A stretch of 64,000 nt of DNA. Source: Victivallaceae bacterium. GTDB lineage: Bacteria > Verrucomicrobiota > Lentisphaeria > Victivallales > Victivallaceae. The translations under genes were made by a program, and so were the position numbers. Location of the stretch: assembly GCA_045598845.1 (NCBI GenBank), contig JAZRUY010000034.1:7604-71603 (forward strand), written 5' to 3'. Positions within the stretch are counted from its first letter, which is position 1; the number at the start of each line of letters is the position of its first letter. Shown piece by piece: positions 8,374 to 17,566 of this stretch. The notes beneath the pieces were generated by a model. The model was not told the origin of the DNA and made no database searches. It was given only the letters and a program-made list of their open reading frames with translations.

Positions 8374-9573
8374 TTAATTTTTCCTCCAGACGGAAAACAG
8401 TTCAAAATGCGCGGTGCGCGGAAACATATTTACCGGTTTCAGCCGGGTCAGACGCCAGCCGGAACGTTGCAGCAGCAGCCCGTCGCGGCACCAGGTGGCC
8501 GGATTGCATGAAATATAGACGAGCGCGCCGGAATTGCCGGCGGCAACTGCGCGCCGGGATGCGGCATCCAGTCCTCCGCGCGGCGGATCTACCACTGTTA
8601 CCGTATCCGCGCCGCATTCGGCAATGATGTCCGGAAGCGCGTCCCCGGCCGCCGCCGGCACCACCCGGGCCCGGCAGGAACGGAATTTACCCAGATTGTA
8701 TTTAGCCGCCGCCGCGCCCTGCTCATCGGATTCCACCGCGATAACTTCAGGAACTCCCGCCGCCGCCGCGCAGCAGCCGAACGGAGCCGCGCCGGAATAC
8801 AAATCAACCGTCCTGGCGCATCCGAGTTCCGCCAGTTCCTCCTGAAACAAACGCAGCAACTCCGCGCCGCCTTCCGGGTTGACCTGAAAAAAACCGCCGA
8901 CCGGTACCGAAAGTTCACCTATTGCGGTCATTTCCCGCAACCAGGTGGCGTTGACCGGAGCGCGGTTGCGGAAGAACACCACCCCGTCATGTTCAGTATA
9001 TCTGAACGTAACGTCCATGCCCTCGTGCAGCGAATGCATGAACGACGCATCACCGCGCAGTGCCGCCAGTTTTTCGTTTATCGGCGGCATCGCCAGCGGA
9101 CATTCCGGTACATCCAGCACTGTTCCTCCGGATACATATCCGAGCGATGCGATCCGGCCCGCACGGTGAAAATGCAGCACCAGTTTGTTGCGGTATCCCA
9201 GCTCCCGGGACGGAACGGACGGCCGTTCCGCTCCCCCTGCCGGCAGTGTGATACCGGCCGTCCGGCACATTCCGGTCAGCTGTTCCGCTTTCAAGGCGGT
9301 TTCTCCGGCGCAGGAGATATGCTGATAAACGCAGTTGCACCGGCCGCCGGCCGCCAGCGGGCACCGTGGAACCGTGCGTTCAGGGGAACGCACCCCGATG
9401 CGGACAATTTCGGCCCGGGAAAAATTTTTCTTTTCCGCGGTAATCCGGGCGATTATCTTTTCCCCCGGCAAAGCGCCGGGGATAAACACCACTTCCCCGC
9501 CGTGCCGGGCAATGCCGTCGCCGCCGAAAGCGCACGACTCTATTTCACACTGAAATTCCGTGCCTGATTTCAT
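8374..9573 (-). CDS. 23S rRNA (uracil-5-)-methyltransferase RumA/RlmD family (TRAM plus SAM methyltransferase)
   Basis: 399 aa. N-terminal TRAM-like region (GGDGIARHGGEVVFIPGALPGEKI), a Cys cluster, SAM-binding DLYSGAAPFG, and C-terminal VDPPRGG...YISCNPAT. Confidence 0.8.
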   Translation of the reverse strand: MKSGTEFQCEIESCAFGGDGIARHGGEVVFIPGALPGEKIIARITAEKKNFSRAEIVRIGVRSPERTVPRCPLAAGGRCNCVYQHISCAGETALKAEQLTGMCRTAGITLPAGGAERPSVPSRELGYRNKLVLHFHRAGRIASLGYVSGGTVLDVPECPLAMPPINEKLAALRGDASFMHSLHEGMDVTFRYTEHDGVVFFRNRAPVNATWLREMTAIGELSVPVGGFFQVNPEGGAELLRLFQEELAELGCARTVDLYSGAAPFGCCAAAAGVPEVIAVESDEQGAAAAKYNLGKFRSCRARVVPAAAGDALPDIIAECGADTVTVVDPPRGGLDAASRRAVAAGNSGALVYISCNPATWCRDGLLLQRSGWRLTRLKPVNMFPRTAHFELFSVWRKN

Positions 9574-9790
9574 ACCTGGTTATCCTGAATCCTCAAACCC
9601 GCCGCCGGAAACACCGTATCCGGTGAACCAAGAATATAATATCCCGAACCCGATAATGCGAAAAATCCGCAAAAACGGACCGATTAGAATACGGAATGAA
9701 GAAATCGGGGCGAATGCGGTATATATTATTGAATACATTCATTGTATCATTGACCATCCGCCTTTGAGCGGACAAACAGGAGCAGAAATC

Positions 9791-10912
9791 ATGGCGGTTC
9801 CGTTGCTGGATTTGAAAGCGCAGTACGCCGCGCTGAAAGACGAAATGCTGAAAGAGATAGCGGAGATATGCGAATCCCAGTATTTCATTCTCGGTCCCAA
9901 GGTGGAAAAATTTGAAAAAGAAGCGGCGGCCTACTGCGGCGTCCCGGCCGCGGTCGGGGTAACCAGCGGCTCGGACGCGCTTATTATTTCACTGATGGCG
10001 GAAGGAATCGGCCGCGGCGATGAAGTCATAACCACGCCGTTCACCTTCTTCGCCACTGTCGGCGCCATCGTGCGGGTGGGCGCGACTCCGGTGTTCGCCG
10101 ACATCGACCCGGTCACTTACAATATCGATCCGGAGAAAATCGCGGCTAAAATCACCCCCCGCACCAAAGCGATCATTCCGGTGCATCTGTTCGGGCAGGC
10201 CGCGGATATGGATCCCGTTATGGAAATCGCCGCCGAACATCACCTTGTCGTCATTGAAGACGCCTGTCAGGCCATAGGTGCCGAGTACCGCGGCAGACGC
10301 GCCGGGTCCATCGGTGATTACGGATGTTTCAGTTTCTTCCCGAGTAAAAATCTCGGATGCTTCGGCGACGGCGGATTGGTGACATGCAAAGATGAAAGCA
10401 AGGCGGCCAAACTCAAAATTTTCCGTAATCACGGTCAAAGCAGCACTTATCTGCACGAGTATGTGGGCGGGAATTTCCGGTTAGACGCATTACAGGCGGC
10501 GGTTCTTTCAATTAAACTGCCGCATCTTGACGACTGGAGCGCCGCCAGGCAGCGCAATGCTTCGGAATACCGGGCGCTGTTCGCCGCGGCGGCTATTCCC
10601 GGAGTGTCGGTGCCGGAAGAAGCCGCTTACCCGGTGCGTCATATTTACAATCAGTTCTGCATCCGGGTGGACGGCGGCCGGCGCGATGCTCTGCTCGCCG
10701 AATTGCGCGGACGGGGAATCGGCTGCGCGGTCTATTATCCGCTTTCGCTGCATCTGCAGAACTGTTTCAAAGAACTGGGAGGCAAACCGGGAGACTTCCC
10801 GGTCAGCGAGGCGGTTTCTCAGGAAATCATGGCTCTGCCGATCTATCCCGAATCGACTTCCGCTCAACGCGCCGAAGTTGTAAACGCCATCGCCGGTTTT
10901 CTGAAGAAATAA
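9791..10912 (+). CDS. DegT/DnrJ/EryC1/StrS family PLP-dependent sugar aminotransferase
   Basis: MAVPLLDLKAQYAALKDE..., FILGPKVEKFE and SFFPSKNLGCFGDGG (PLP lysine motif). Start at ATG 9791. The track extension back to 9560 is rejected because it overlaps the divergent gene and has an odd composition. Confidence 0.85.
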   Translation: MAVPLLDLKAQYAALKDEMLKEIAEICESQYFILGPKVEKFEKEAAAYCGVPAAVGVTSGSDALIISLMAEGIGRGDEVITTPFTFFATVGAIVRVGATPVFADIDPVTYNIDPEKIAAKITPRTKAIIPVHLFGQAADMDPVMEIAAEHHLVVIEDACQAIGAEYRGRRAGSIGDYGCFSFFPSKNLGCFGDGGLVTCKDESKAAKLKIFRNHGQSSTYLHEYVGGNFRLDALQAAVLSIKLPHLDDWSAARQRNASEYRALFAAAAIPGVSVPEEAAYPVRHIYNQFCIRVDGGRRDALLAELRGRGIGCAVYYPLSLHLQNCFKELGGKPGDFPVSEAVSQEIMALPIYPESTSAQRAEVVNAIAGFLKK

Positions 10913-10919
10913 CTCCGGT

Positions 10920-12959
10920 ATGGGCGCGGAGCGGGAAAACAACCGGAATTTCAAGGCGCAGAGCTATCTGCGCCTGATGCGGTATTCCAAAAAATACTGG
11001 AAACGGCTCACCGCCGGCATTCTCGCCGGGGCTCTGGTTGGGGGATCTTTGCTTTTCAGCCTGATGCTCATTCCGCAGCTGGTCGGAGTAGTGGAAAACA
11101 ATACTAAAATGTCTTCCCGCAATTCCGTTGAAGCGGAACTGGCGCTGGCGGCGGCTGAATCCGGAGCAGGGCTTTCCAGAGAGGAAAAACTGGCGGCCGT
11201 GGAGCGGGCTCTGCATCCGGCGGACAGCGATCCCCAGTTGACCAAGATCATCAACGGCGCGGCGGAATATTCCCGCGCCTACCGTCTGCCGGTAATCATC
11301 GAAGGACGCACCATAACGGTAACCTGGCCGAAACGGTTTTCGTTTGAAGCGGCCGATGCGTCCGGCCGGGTAGCCTGGCAGATCTTTCTCATCTACGTTA
11401 TCCTGTTTGTGGCCGCCTGGCTGATAAAAAACATCGCCACTTATATCAACCATTACTACACCCGCTGGGTGGGGTGCAAAGTCGTGTGCGATCTGCGCGA
11501 TGAAATCTTCGAGCGGCTGGTGAACCAGTCTCTCGGCTACTACGGACGGGTAGATATCGGACATCTTATCAGCCGCTGCACCAACGATACTTCGGCCATC
11601 GAAAGCGCGGTTTCCGAATCCATCGCCGATCTCACCTGTGCGCCGATTCAGATCATCGCCTGCCTGGCGGCCGTGATCATCGCCTGCCGTCAGCATCACA
11701 GTTATTCCCTGATGCTGATTCTGCTGATCGGCACTCCGGCGGTAGTGCTGCCGGTATATATCCTCGGCCGGAAAATCAGAAAAGTGTACAAGCGCAGTTT
11801 TGCCCGCATCGCCGATGTGTTCAGCCGGATGCACGAGGTATTCACCGGCATTCTGCTGGTCAAATCCGCACATACCGAAGTTATGGAACTGGAGCGTTTC
11901 AAACGGCACAACAACGAATATTTCCGCCAGGCGGTCAAAGCGCTGCGGCTGCAGTTGCTGGTATCCCCGGCGATGGAGGTGGTTACAGTAACCGCCACGC
12001 TGGTATTCCTGATTTACTCATACAGTCAGGGTGTTACGCTTACCGTGCTGGCGGCCATGCTCGCGCCGGCGTTCATGGCCTATCAGCCGATCCGCTCTCT
12101 GGCCAAGGTGATATCTTCCCTGCAGCGTTCCATGGCGGCTGCCGACCGCTATTTCGCCATCATCGACACGCGCACCGATCTGCCGGAAAAAGCGGATGCG
12201 GTCAAGCTGGAGCGTTTCGACCGGGAAATACGCCTCAGCGATGTGACTTTTTCTTATGAGGACCGCCGGATCATCGACCATGTCAGTTTCAGTATCGCCA
12301 AGGGCGAAATGGTGGCCGTAGTGGGCGAAACCGGTTCCGGAAAAACAACCATCGCCAATCTGATCGCCCGTTTTTACGATGTCAGCGGCGGCGCGGTGAC
12401 CATAGACGGCACCGATGTGCGCGATGCCGACATAGCATCCCTGCGTAAACTGATAGGGGTGGTCTCTCAAGACGCCATTCTGTTCAACGACACTGTACAC
12501 AATAATATCGCTTACGGCCGGAGCGAAGTCAGCCGCGAAGAAGTCATCGCCGCCGCTAAACTTGCCAATGCCCATGAATTCATCGTAAACGGCCGGCATG
12601 CGGAAGGTTACGATACCGAAGTCGGTGAAAAAGGTTTCAAACTGTCCGGCGGCGAGCGGCAGCGGGTGGCCATCGCCAGGGCGATTCTGAAAAATCCGCC
12701 GATCCTTATTTTGGATGAAGCGACCAGCGCGCTGGATACCGTCACCGAAAAACTGGTACAGGACGCGCTTACAAAAGTGATGAAAAACCGAACGGTTTTC
12801 GCCATCGCCCACCGTTTGAGCACCATCCGGAACGCCGACCGGATTCTGGTGCTGAAAGACGGACGGATCGCCGAATGCGGCACCCATGATGAACTGCTGG
12901 CGCTGAACGGTATATACAGCCGGCTGCACCGTACTCAGTTTCAAAATGATGCCGGATAA
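10920..12959 (+). CDS. ABC transporter permease/ATPase, MsbA-like lipid exporter with enlarged first extracytoplasmic loop
   Basis: 679 aa. Six-TM exporter domain followed by Walker A GETGSGKTT, signature LSGGERQR and Walker B ILILDEATSALD. The start codon is uncertain (10920 or 10977). Confidence 0.85.
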   Translation: MGAERENNRNFKAQSYLRLMRYSKKYWKRLTAGILAGALVGGSLLFSLMLIPQLVGVVENNTKMSSRNSVEAELALAAAESGAGLSREEKLAAVERALHPADSDPQLTKIINGAAEYSRAYRLPVIIEGRTITVTWPKRFSFEAADASGRVAWQIFLIYVILFVAAWLIKNIATYINHYYTRWVGCKVVCDLRDEIFERLVNQSLGYYGRVDIGHLISRCTNDTSAIESAVSESIADLTCAPIQIIACLAAVIIACRQHHSYSLMLILLIGTPAVVLPVYILGRKIRKVYKRSFARIADVFSRMHEVFTGILLVKSAHTEVMELERFKRHNNEYFRQAVKALRLQLLVSPAMEVVTVTATLVFLIYSYSQGVTLTVLAAMLAPAFMAYQPIRSLAKVISSLQRSMAAADRYFAIIDTRTDLPEKADAVKLERFDREIRLSDVTFSYEDRRIIDHVSFSIAKGEMVAVVGETGSGKTTIANLIARFYDVSGGAVTIDGTDVRDADIASLRKLIGVVSQDAILFNDTVHNNIAYGRSEVSREEVIAAAKLANAHEFIVNGRHAEGYDTEVGEKGFKLSGGERQRVAIARAILKNPPILILDEATSALDTVTEKLVQDALTKVMKNRTVFAIAHRLSTIRNADRILVLKDGRIAECGTHDELLALNGIYSRLHRTQFQNDAG

Positions 12960-14205
12960 GATCCATCTGGTAGGCATCGGCGGCGCCGGCATGGCGCCGC
13001 TGGCGCGGATTTTGCTGGAACAAGGCCGGATAATAACCGGATCCGACAGCGCGGGTTCCGAATCCGCCGAATCTCTTAAATCTCTCGGAGCGCGTGTAAA
13101 TTACGGTCACCGGGCGGAAAATCTGCCGCAAGACTGCCTGCTGGTGATTTATTCTTCGGCCGTTCCGCCGGAAAATCCGGAGCGCATGCGGGCGCGGGAG
13201 CTAAATATTCCGGAATTGCGCCGGGGGGAAGCGCTGGCGGAAATAATGCGGCGGTACCGCCGGCCTGTAGCGGTAAGCGGATCGCACGGCAAAAGTTCCA
13301 TAACCGCAATGCTGACACATATTCTCAGGCGCGCCGGGTTGAGCCCCGGATATCTGATCGGTGCTGAATTATGCGACGGGGCGCCGTCCGCCGCCGCCGG
13401 AGACGGAGATCTGTTTATCGCGGAGGTCGATGAATCCGACGGCACTCATGCCTGTTGCAGTCCGGCACTGGGCATAGTGCCGAATATCGAAAGCGACCAT
13501 TGCTGGAGCGTGGGCGGAGAGGAGCGGCTGTACGCCAATTTCCGGCGATTCGGATTACAGTCCGGCCGTTTGCTTTACTGCGATTCGGAACGTTGCCGTA
13601 CTGTTTTCAGCGGACATCCGGATGCCGTGCCTGTCCGTCCGCCGGAAAGGTTCGGGCGCTGGCGCGGTTATCAGGCTCCCGATGCGTTCCTTGCCGTTTG
13701 CGCCGCCGGACTGCTCGGTATCCCGGAGGATCAGGCCGAAACCATGCTGGATGATTTTCCCGGTATTGCCCGACGTCTGAGCGTCCGCTGCAGTTCTCCG
13801 GAACTGGTCATAATCGAGGATTATGCCCATCATCCCACCGAAGTCACGGCGGCTATTCGCACTCTGCGGGAACTTTATCCGGAATTTCATTTGAGGATAT
13901 TGTTTCAGCCCCACCGGTATGCTCGGCTGGAAAAATATTTTGATGAATTCGCCGCGGCATTGCAACTGGCTGACTCAACGGTTGTCGCTCCGGTATTCGC
14001 GGCCTGGTGCGAAACCGGCGGGAAAAACAGCGCGGATTTAGCTTCGGCAATCGGAGAAAAGGCCGTTGCCGCGGACGGAAGCTGGGAAGACATCGCCGCA
14101 ACAGCGCTTGACCGTCTCCCCCGGCATCCGCTGCTGCTGGCGGTACTCGGCGCCGGCGATATCCGGGAAGTTATGCCGCTGCTCCCGCATACCGGCGGAA
14201 AATAA
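12946..14205 (+). CDS. murC: UDP-N-acetylmuramate--L-alanine ligase (Mur ligase family, MurC-like)
   Basis: HLVGIGGAGMAPLA, P-loop GSHGKSS, EVDESDGT and DYAHHPTE motifs. Overlaps the msbA-like stop by 14 nt. Confidence 0.78.
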   Translation: MMPDKIHLVGIGGAGMAPLARILLEQGRIITGSDSAGSESAESLKSLGARVNYGHRAENLPQDCLLVIYSSAVPPENPERMRARELNIPELRRGEALAEIMRRYRRPVAVSGSHGKSSITAMLTHILRRAGLSPGYLIGAELCDGAPSAAAGDGDLFIAEVDESDGTHACCSPALGIVPNIESDHCWSVGGEERLYANFRRFGLQSGRLLYCDSERCRTVFSGHPDAVPVRPPERFGRWRGYQAPDAFLAVCAAGLLGIPEDQAETMLDDFPGIARRLSVRCSSPELVIIEDYAHHPTEVTAAIRTLRELYPEFHLRILFQPHRYARLEKYFDEFAAALQLADSTVVAPVFAAWCETGGKNSADLASAIGEKAVAADGSWEDIAATALDRLPRHPLLLAVLGAGDIREVMPLLPHTGGK

Positions 14206-14239
14206 ACCGTCGGAATACATTCCCGCGCCGTTTTCCCGG

Positions 14240-14268
14240 TTGTATAAGCGCCGTTGAAGATGTATATT
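14240..14268 (+). promoter_or_regulatory. sigma70-like promoter TTGTAT-17-TATATT for guaB
   Basis: TTGTAT 14240-14245, 17-nt spacer, TATATT 14263-14268. GGAGGA SD lies before the ATG at 14330. Confidence 0.45.
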
Positions 14269-14329
14269 ACTTCGTAAAATAGTATCTAATTTCAGCAATT
14301 AAGAATAAATATCCGGAGGAAATTCGCGA

Positions 14330-15832
14330 ATGAACCAGGAACGCTACATAGACAAATTCATGGCCGCTTTCCCGTTTGAAGGTTTGACTTTCGATGATAT
14401 ATCGCTGGTAACGCAGTATGCTGATTTTCTTCCTCACGACACTGACATTTCCAGCCGCTTTTCCCGCAATATAAAACTCAACATACCGTTTGTCTCCGCC
14501 GCTATGGACACGGTAACGGAAAGCGCCATGGCCATCGCCATGGCCAGGCTCGGCGGCATCGGCGTAATTCATAAGAATCTTTCCCCCGACCGCCAGGCCG
14601 AAGAAGTGCGCAAGGTAAAATACTATCTCAACGGCATCATACGCGACCCGGTTTGCTTCCATCCGAATCAGACCGTTGAGGAAATGCTCAACGAAAAGAA
14701 GGCGAAAAAATATTCCTTTTCCGGATTTCCTATCATTGATGAAGGCGGACGGCTGCTCGGCATCATCACTTCCCGCGACATCAAGTTCCTCACCGATTTT
14801 TCGGTGAAAATCAAAGATATCATGACCGCTGATCCGATCACCGCCCCGGCGGATATTTCCATGCAGGACGCCTATAAAATCATGCTGGACCGCAAGATAG
14901 GCAAACTGCCGCTGATCACCGGCGACGGCAAACTCGCCGGACTGTTCAGTTTTCTGGATGTGAAAACCCTGATGGCCAAAGAGCAGCCGGATTACAACCG
15001 CGACAAACAGCATCAGTTGAGGGTCGCCGCGGCTGTAAGCCCGCATGACTACGAGCGCGCCGAAGCGCTGGTGAAGGCCGGTGTCGATGCCATCGTGATC
15101 GATACGGCTCACGGCAACAGTCTCGGGGTGCTGGAAAGCGTGCGGGAATTCAAGAAAATGTACGGCGACCGCATCGATGTGGTTGCCGGAAATATCGCCG
15201 CCGCCGATGCAGCAAAAGCCCTGGCCGATGCCGGGGCTGACGGCATCAAAGTCGGTATCGGGCCGGGTTCTATCTGCACTACCCGGGTGGTTGCCGGAGT
15301 CGGGGTGCCGCAGGTCACCGCCGTATATGAAGCGGCGCGCAGCATTCCTTCCGATCTGCCGGTCATCGCCGACGGCGGCATCAAGCAGTCCGGCGATGTG
15401 GCCAAAGCCATAGCGGTCGGCGCCAGTTGCGTGATGATGGGTTCGGCGCTGGCCGGAACCACGGAAAGCACCGGAGAAACCGTCCTTCATCAGGGGCGCA
15501 GTTATGTCATATACCGCGGCATGGGGTCTCTTGCCGCCATGAAGACCTGCAAGGGAAGCCGCGAGCGCTACGGTCAGGACGATGTGGATAACGACAATCA
15601 GATTGTGCCGCAGGGCATTGAGGGTATGGTTCCTTTCCGCGGGCCGGTGGCCAATGTGATCATCCAGTTCGTCGGCGGGCTGCGTTACAGTTTCGGCTAT
15701 TGCGGCGCGCGCACTTTGACCGAGTTTCAGAATAAAGCCAGAATGGTGCGTATCACCGCCGCCGGTCTCCGCGAAGCCCACCCGCATGATGTCACCATGG
15801 TAAAAGACGCTCCCAACTATTCCGGCCGCTGA
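14330..15832 (+). CDS. guaB: IMP dehydrogenase
   Basis: 500 aa. [16 protein letters not shown], tandem CBS region, catalytic loop [11 protein letters not shown], and [11 protein letters not shown]. Confidence 0.95.
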   Translation: MNQERYIDKFMAAFPFEGLTFDDISLVTQYADFLPHDTDISSRFSRNIKLNIPFVSAAMDTVTESAMAIAMARLGGIGVIHKNLSPDRQAEEVRKVKYYLNGIIRDPVCFHPNQTVEEMLNEKKAKKYSFSGFPIIDEGGRLLGIITSRDIKFLTDFSVKIKDIMTADPITAPADISMQDAYKIMLDRKIGKLPLITGDGKLAGLFSFLDVKTLMAKEQPDYNRDKQHQLRVAAAVSPHDYERAEALVKAGVDAIVIDTAHGNSLGVLESVREFKKMYGDRIDVVAGNIAAADAAKALADAGADGIKVGIGPGSICTTRVVAGVGVPQVTAVYEAARSIPSDLPVIADGGIKQSGDVAKAIAVGASCVMMGSALAGTTESTGETVLHQGRSYVIYRGMGSLAAMKTCKGSRERYGQDDVDNDNQIVPQGIEGMVPFRGPVANVIIQFVGGLRYSFGYCGARTLTEFQNKARMVRITAAGLREAHPHDVTMVKDAPNYSGR

Positions 15833-15847
15833 TATCATACTCCGGTT

Positions 15848-16471
15848 ATGTATAAGCACAAAATAGCGGCCGGAATCATCGCCGCGATTGCGGTGTGGGG
15901 AACCATCCGGGCGGAAATGCGCCTGGCGGTAGCGGATATGGACCGTATTTTCCGGGAATATTACAAGAGCCGCATAGCGGAAGATTACATCAAACAGCAG
16001 GCGGAATCATTCCGTACCCAGCTTAACCGCAAGCGCACCGAATGCGCCGCCGTAGCGCGCGAGGCCGAAGAAGCGGCGGTGAAAGCAGGAAGCCTGGCGG
16101 TGGCGGAAAGCGAGCGGGCCGCTTTCGCAGTTGAAGCGGAACGGAAGAAAAAAGAGGCGGAGTCGCTTCAGGCGGAAATCAGTAAATTCGCCGCCGCGAA
16201 AGAGCGAGAAATAGCGCGGGTGGAACAGAAAAAACGCAGTGAAATCGTAGCGGAAATAAAGCAGGTGGTGGAACGGCGGGCGGTGGCGGAAGGTTATGAT
16301 TTCGTGCTGGATTGTTCCGGCAATACCGCGAACAATATCCCGGCGGTAATCCGTTATCCGTCCAAATACGATATTTCCGATGCGGTGATCCGTGAACTGA
16401 ACCGCACCAAACCGGTGACCAGGCCGGAAGCCCCGGAAATTCCGTTGCGGCTGGATAAAGCGCAACAGTAA
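15848..16471 (+). CDS. skp: OmpH/Skp family periplasmic chaperone
   Basis: 207 aa. Signal peptide, long charged coiled-coil body, and position immediately upstream of lpxD as in the canonical skp-lpxD arrangement. Confidence 0.7.
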   Translation: MYKHKIAAGIIAAIAVWGTIRAEMRLAVADMDRIFREYYKSRIAEDYIKQQAESFRTQLNRKRTECAAVAREAEEAAVKAGSLAVAESERAAFAVEAERKKKEAESLQAEISKFAAAKEREIARVEQKKRSEIVAEIKQVVERRAVAEGYDFVLDCSGNTANNIPAVIRYPSKYDISDAVIRELNRTKPVTRPEAPEIPLRLDKAQQ

Positions 16472-16519
16472 TACGGATATATAAACCTACAACATACTGC
16501 ATCCTGCAGGGAGGGCTCT

Positions 16520-17566
16520 ATGAACAGCATTATGATGAGCGCGGCGGAAATCGCCGCCAGAATCAACGGCAGAATCATCTGCGGTAATCCGGACAAAACC
16601 ATTTCCTCAATTGCCGGCATCCGCGAAGCCGGACCGGAACAGCTTTCCTTCATCGGCAATAAAAAATATGAACATCAACTGGAATCCTCCCGGGCGGGAA
16701 TTGTGCTGATCCCGGAAGACATGGCGGAATCTTCCAGCGCCGTCGCCGTACTGATCACCTGCCGGCAGGTGGATTACGCGGTGGCGGTACTGCTGGAAGC
16801 CTTCGCTGAAAAACCGCCGGAGCCGCCGCGCTCAATCCATCCTTCCGCGGTAATCGATGCCTCGGCCGAAATCGGCGCCGGCGTACATATCGGAGCGCAT
16901 GTCGTAATTGAAGCCGGAGCGGAAATTTCCGACGGAGCGACAATTATGGCCGGCACCTATATCGGAAACAATGTGAAAATCGGCGCCGGAACTTTGATTT
17001 ATCCCAATGTCACAGTGATGTACCGCTCGGTTATCGGCGGCAAATGTATTATTCACTCCGGAGTGGTTATCGGCGCCGACGGTTTCGGTTTCGTACCCGG
17101 TCCTTCCGGGTTGGTCAAGGTACCGCAGACCGGCTATGTGGAAATCGGCGATGACGTGGAAATCGGCGCCAACACCACTATCGACCGGGCCAGATTCGGC
17201 CGTACCTGGATTAAAAACAATGTCAAGATCGATGACCAGGTGATGGTGGCGCACAATGTCGTTATAGGAGAAAGTTCCATTCTGGTCGCTCAGGCAGGAA
17301 TCGCCGGCAGCGCGGAACTCGGCCGCGGGGTGATTATCGCCGCAAAGGCCGGAGTTAACGGTCATATAATTGTCGGCGACGGCACCAAACTGGCCGGCAC
17401 CTCTGGTCTTGTCAAAAGTTGTCCTCCCGGATCGGTTATGCTCGGCACTCCGGCTGTCCCCCAGCGGGATTTTATGGCCCGTTTCACTGTCGGCAACCGT
17501 CTGGACCGTCTGGTCAAAAAGGTCAACGAACTGGCGGCGCGAATTGAAGAAATGCGCAAACAGTAA
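16520..17566 (+). CDS. lpxD: UDP-3-O-acylglucosamine N-acyltransferase
   Basis: 348 aa. N-terminal LpxD domain (LSFIGNKKY), long left-handed beta-helix hexapeptide repeats, and a C-terminal helix. Confidence 0.92.
   Translation: MNSIMMSAAEIAARINGRIICGNPDKTISSIAGIREAGPEQLSFIGNKKYEHQLESSRAGIVLIPEDMAESSSAVAVLITCRQVDYAVAVLLEAFAEKPPEPPRSIHPSAVIDASAEIGAGVHIGAHVVIEAGAEISDGATIMAGTYIGNNVKIGAGTLIYPNVTVMYRSVIGGKCIIHSGVVIGADGFGFVPGPSGLVKVPQTGYVEIGDDVEIGANTTIDRARFGRTWIKNNVKIDDQVMVAHNVVIGESSILVAQAGIAGSAELGRGVIIAAKAGVNGHIIVGDGTKLAGTSGLVKSCPPGSVMLGTPAVPQRDFMARFTVGNRLDRLVKKVNELAARIEEMRKQ

Noticed and set aside
14267-15859. 530-aa ORF on the minus strand spanning all of guaB
   Set aside because: It is antisense to an unmistakable IMP dehydrogenase. 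The translation is His/Arg/Gly-rich low-complexity with no motifs. This is a typical shadow ORF in GC-rich coding DNA.
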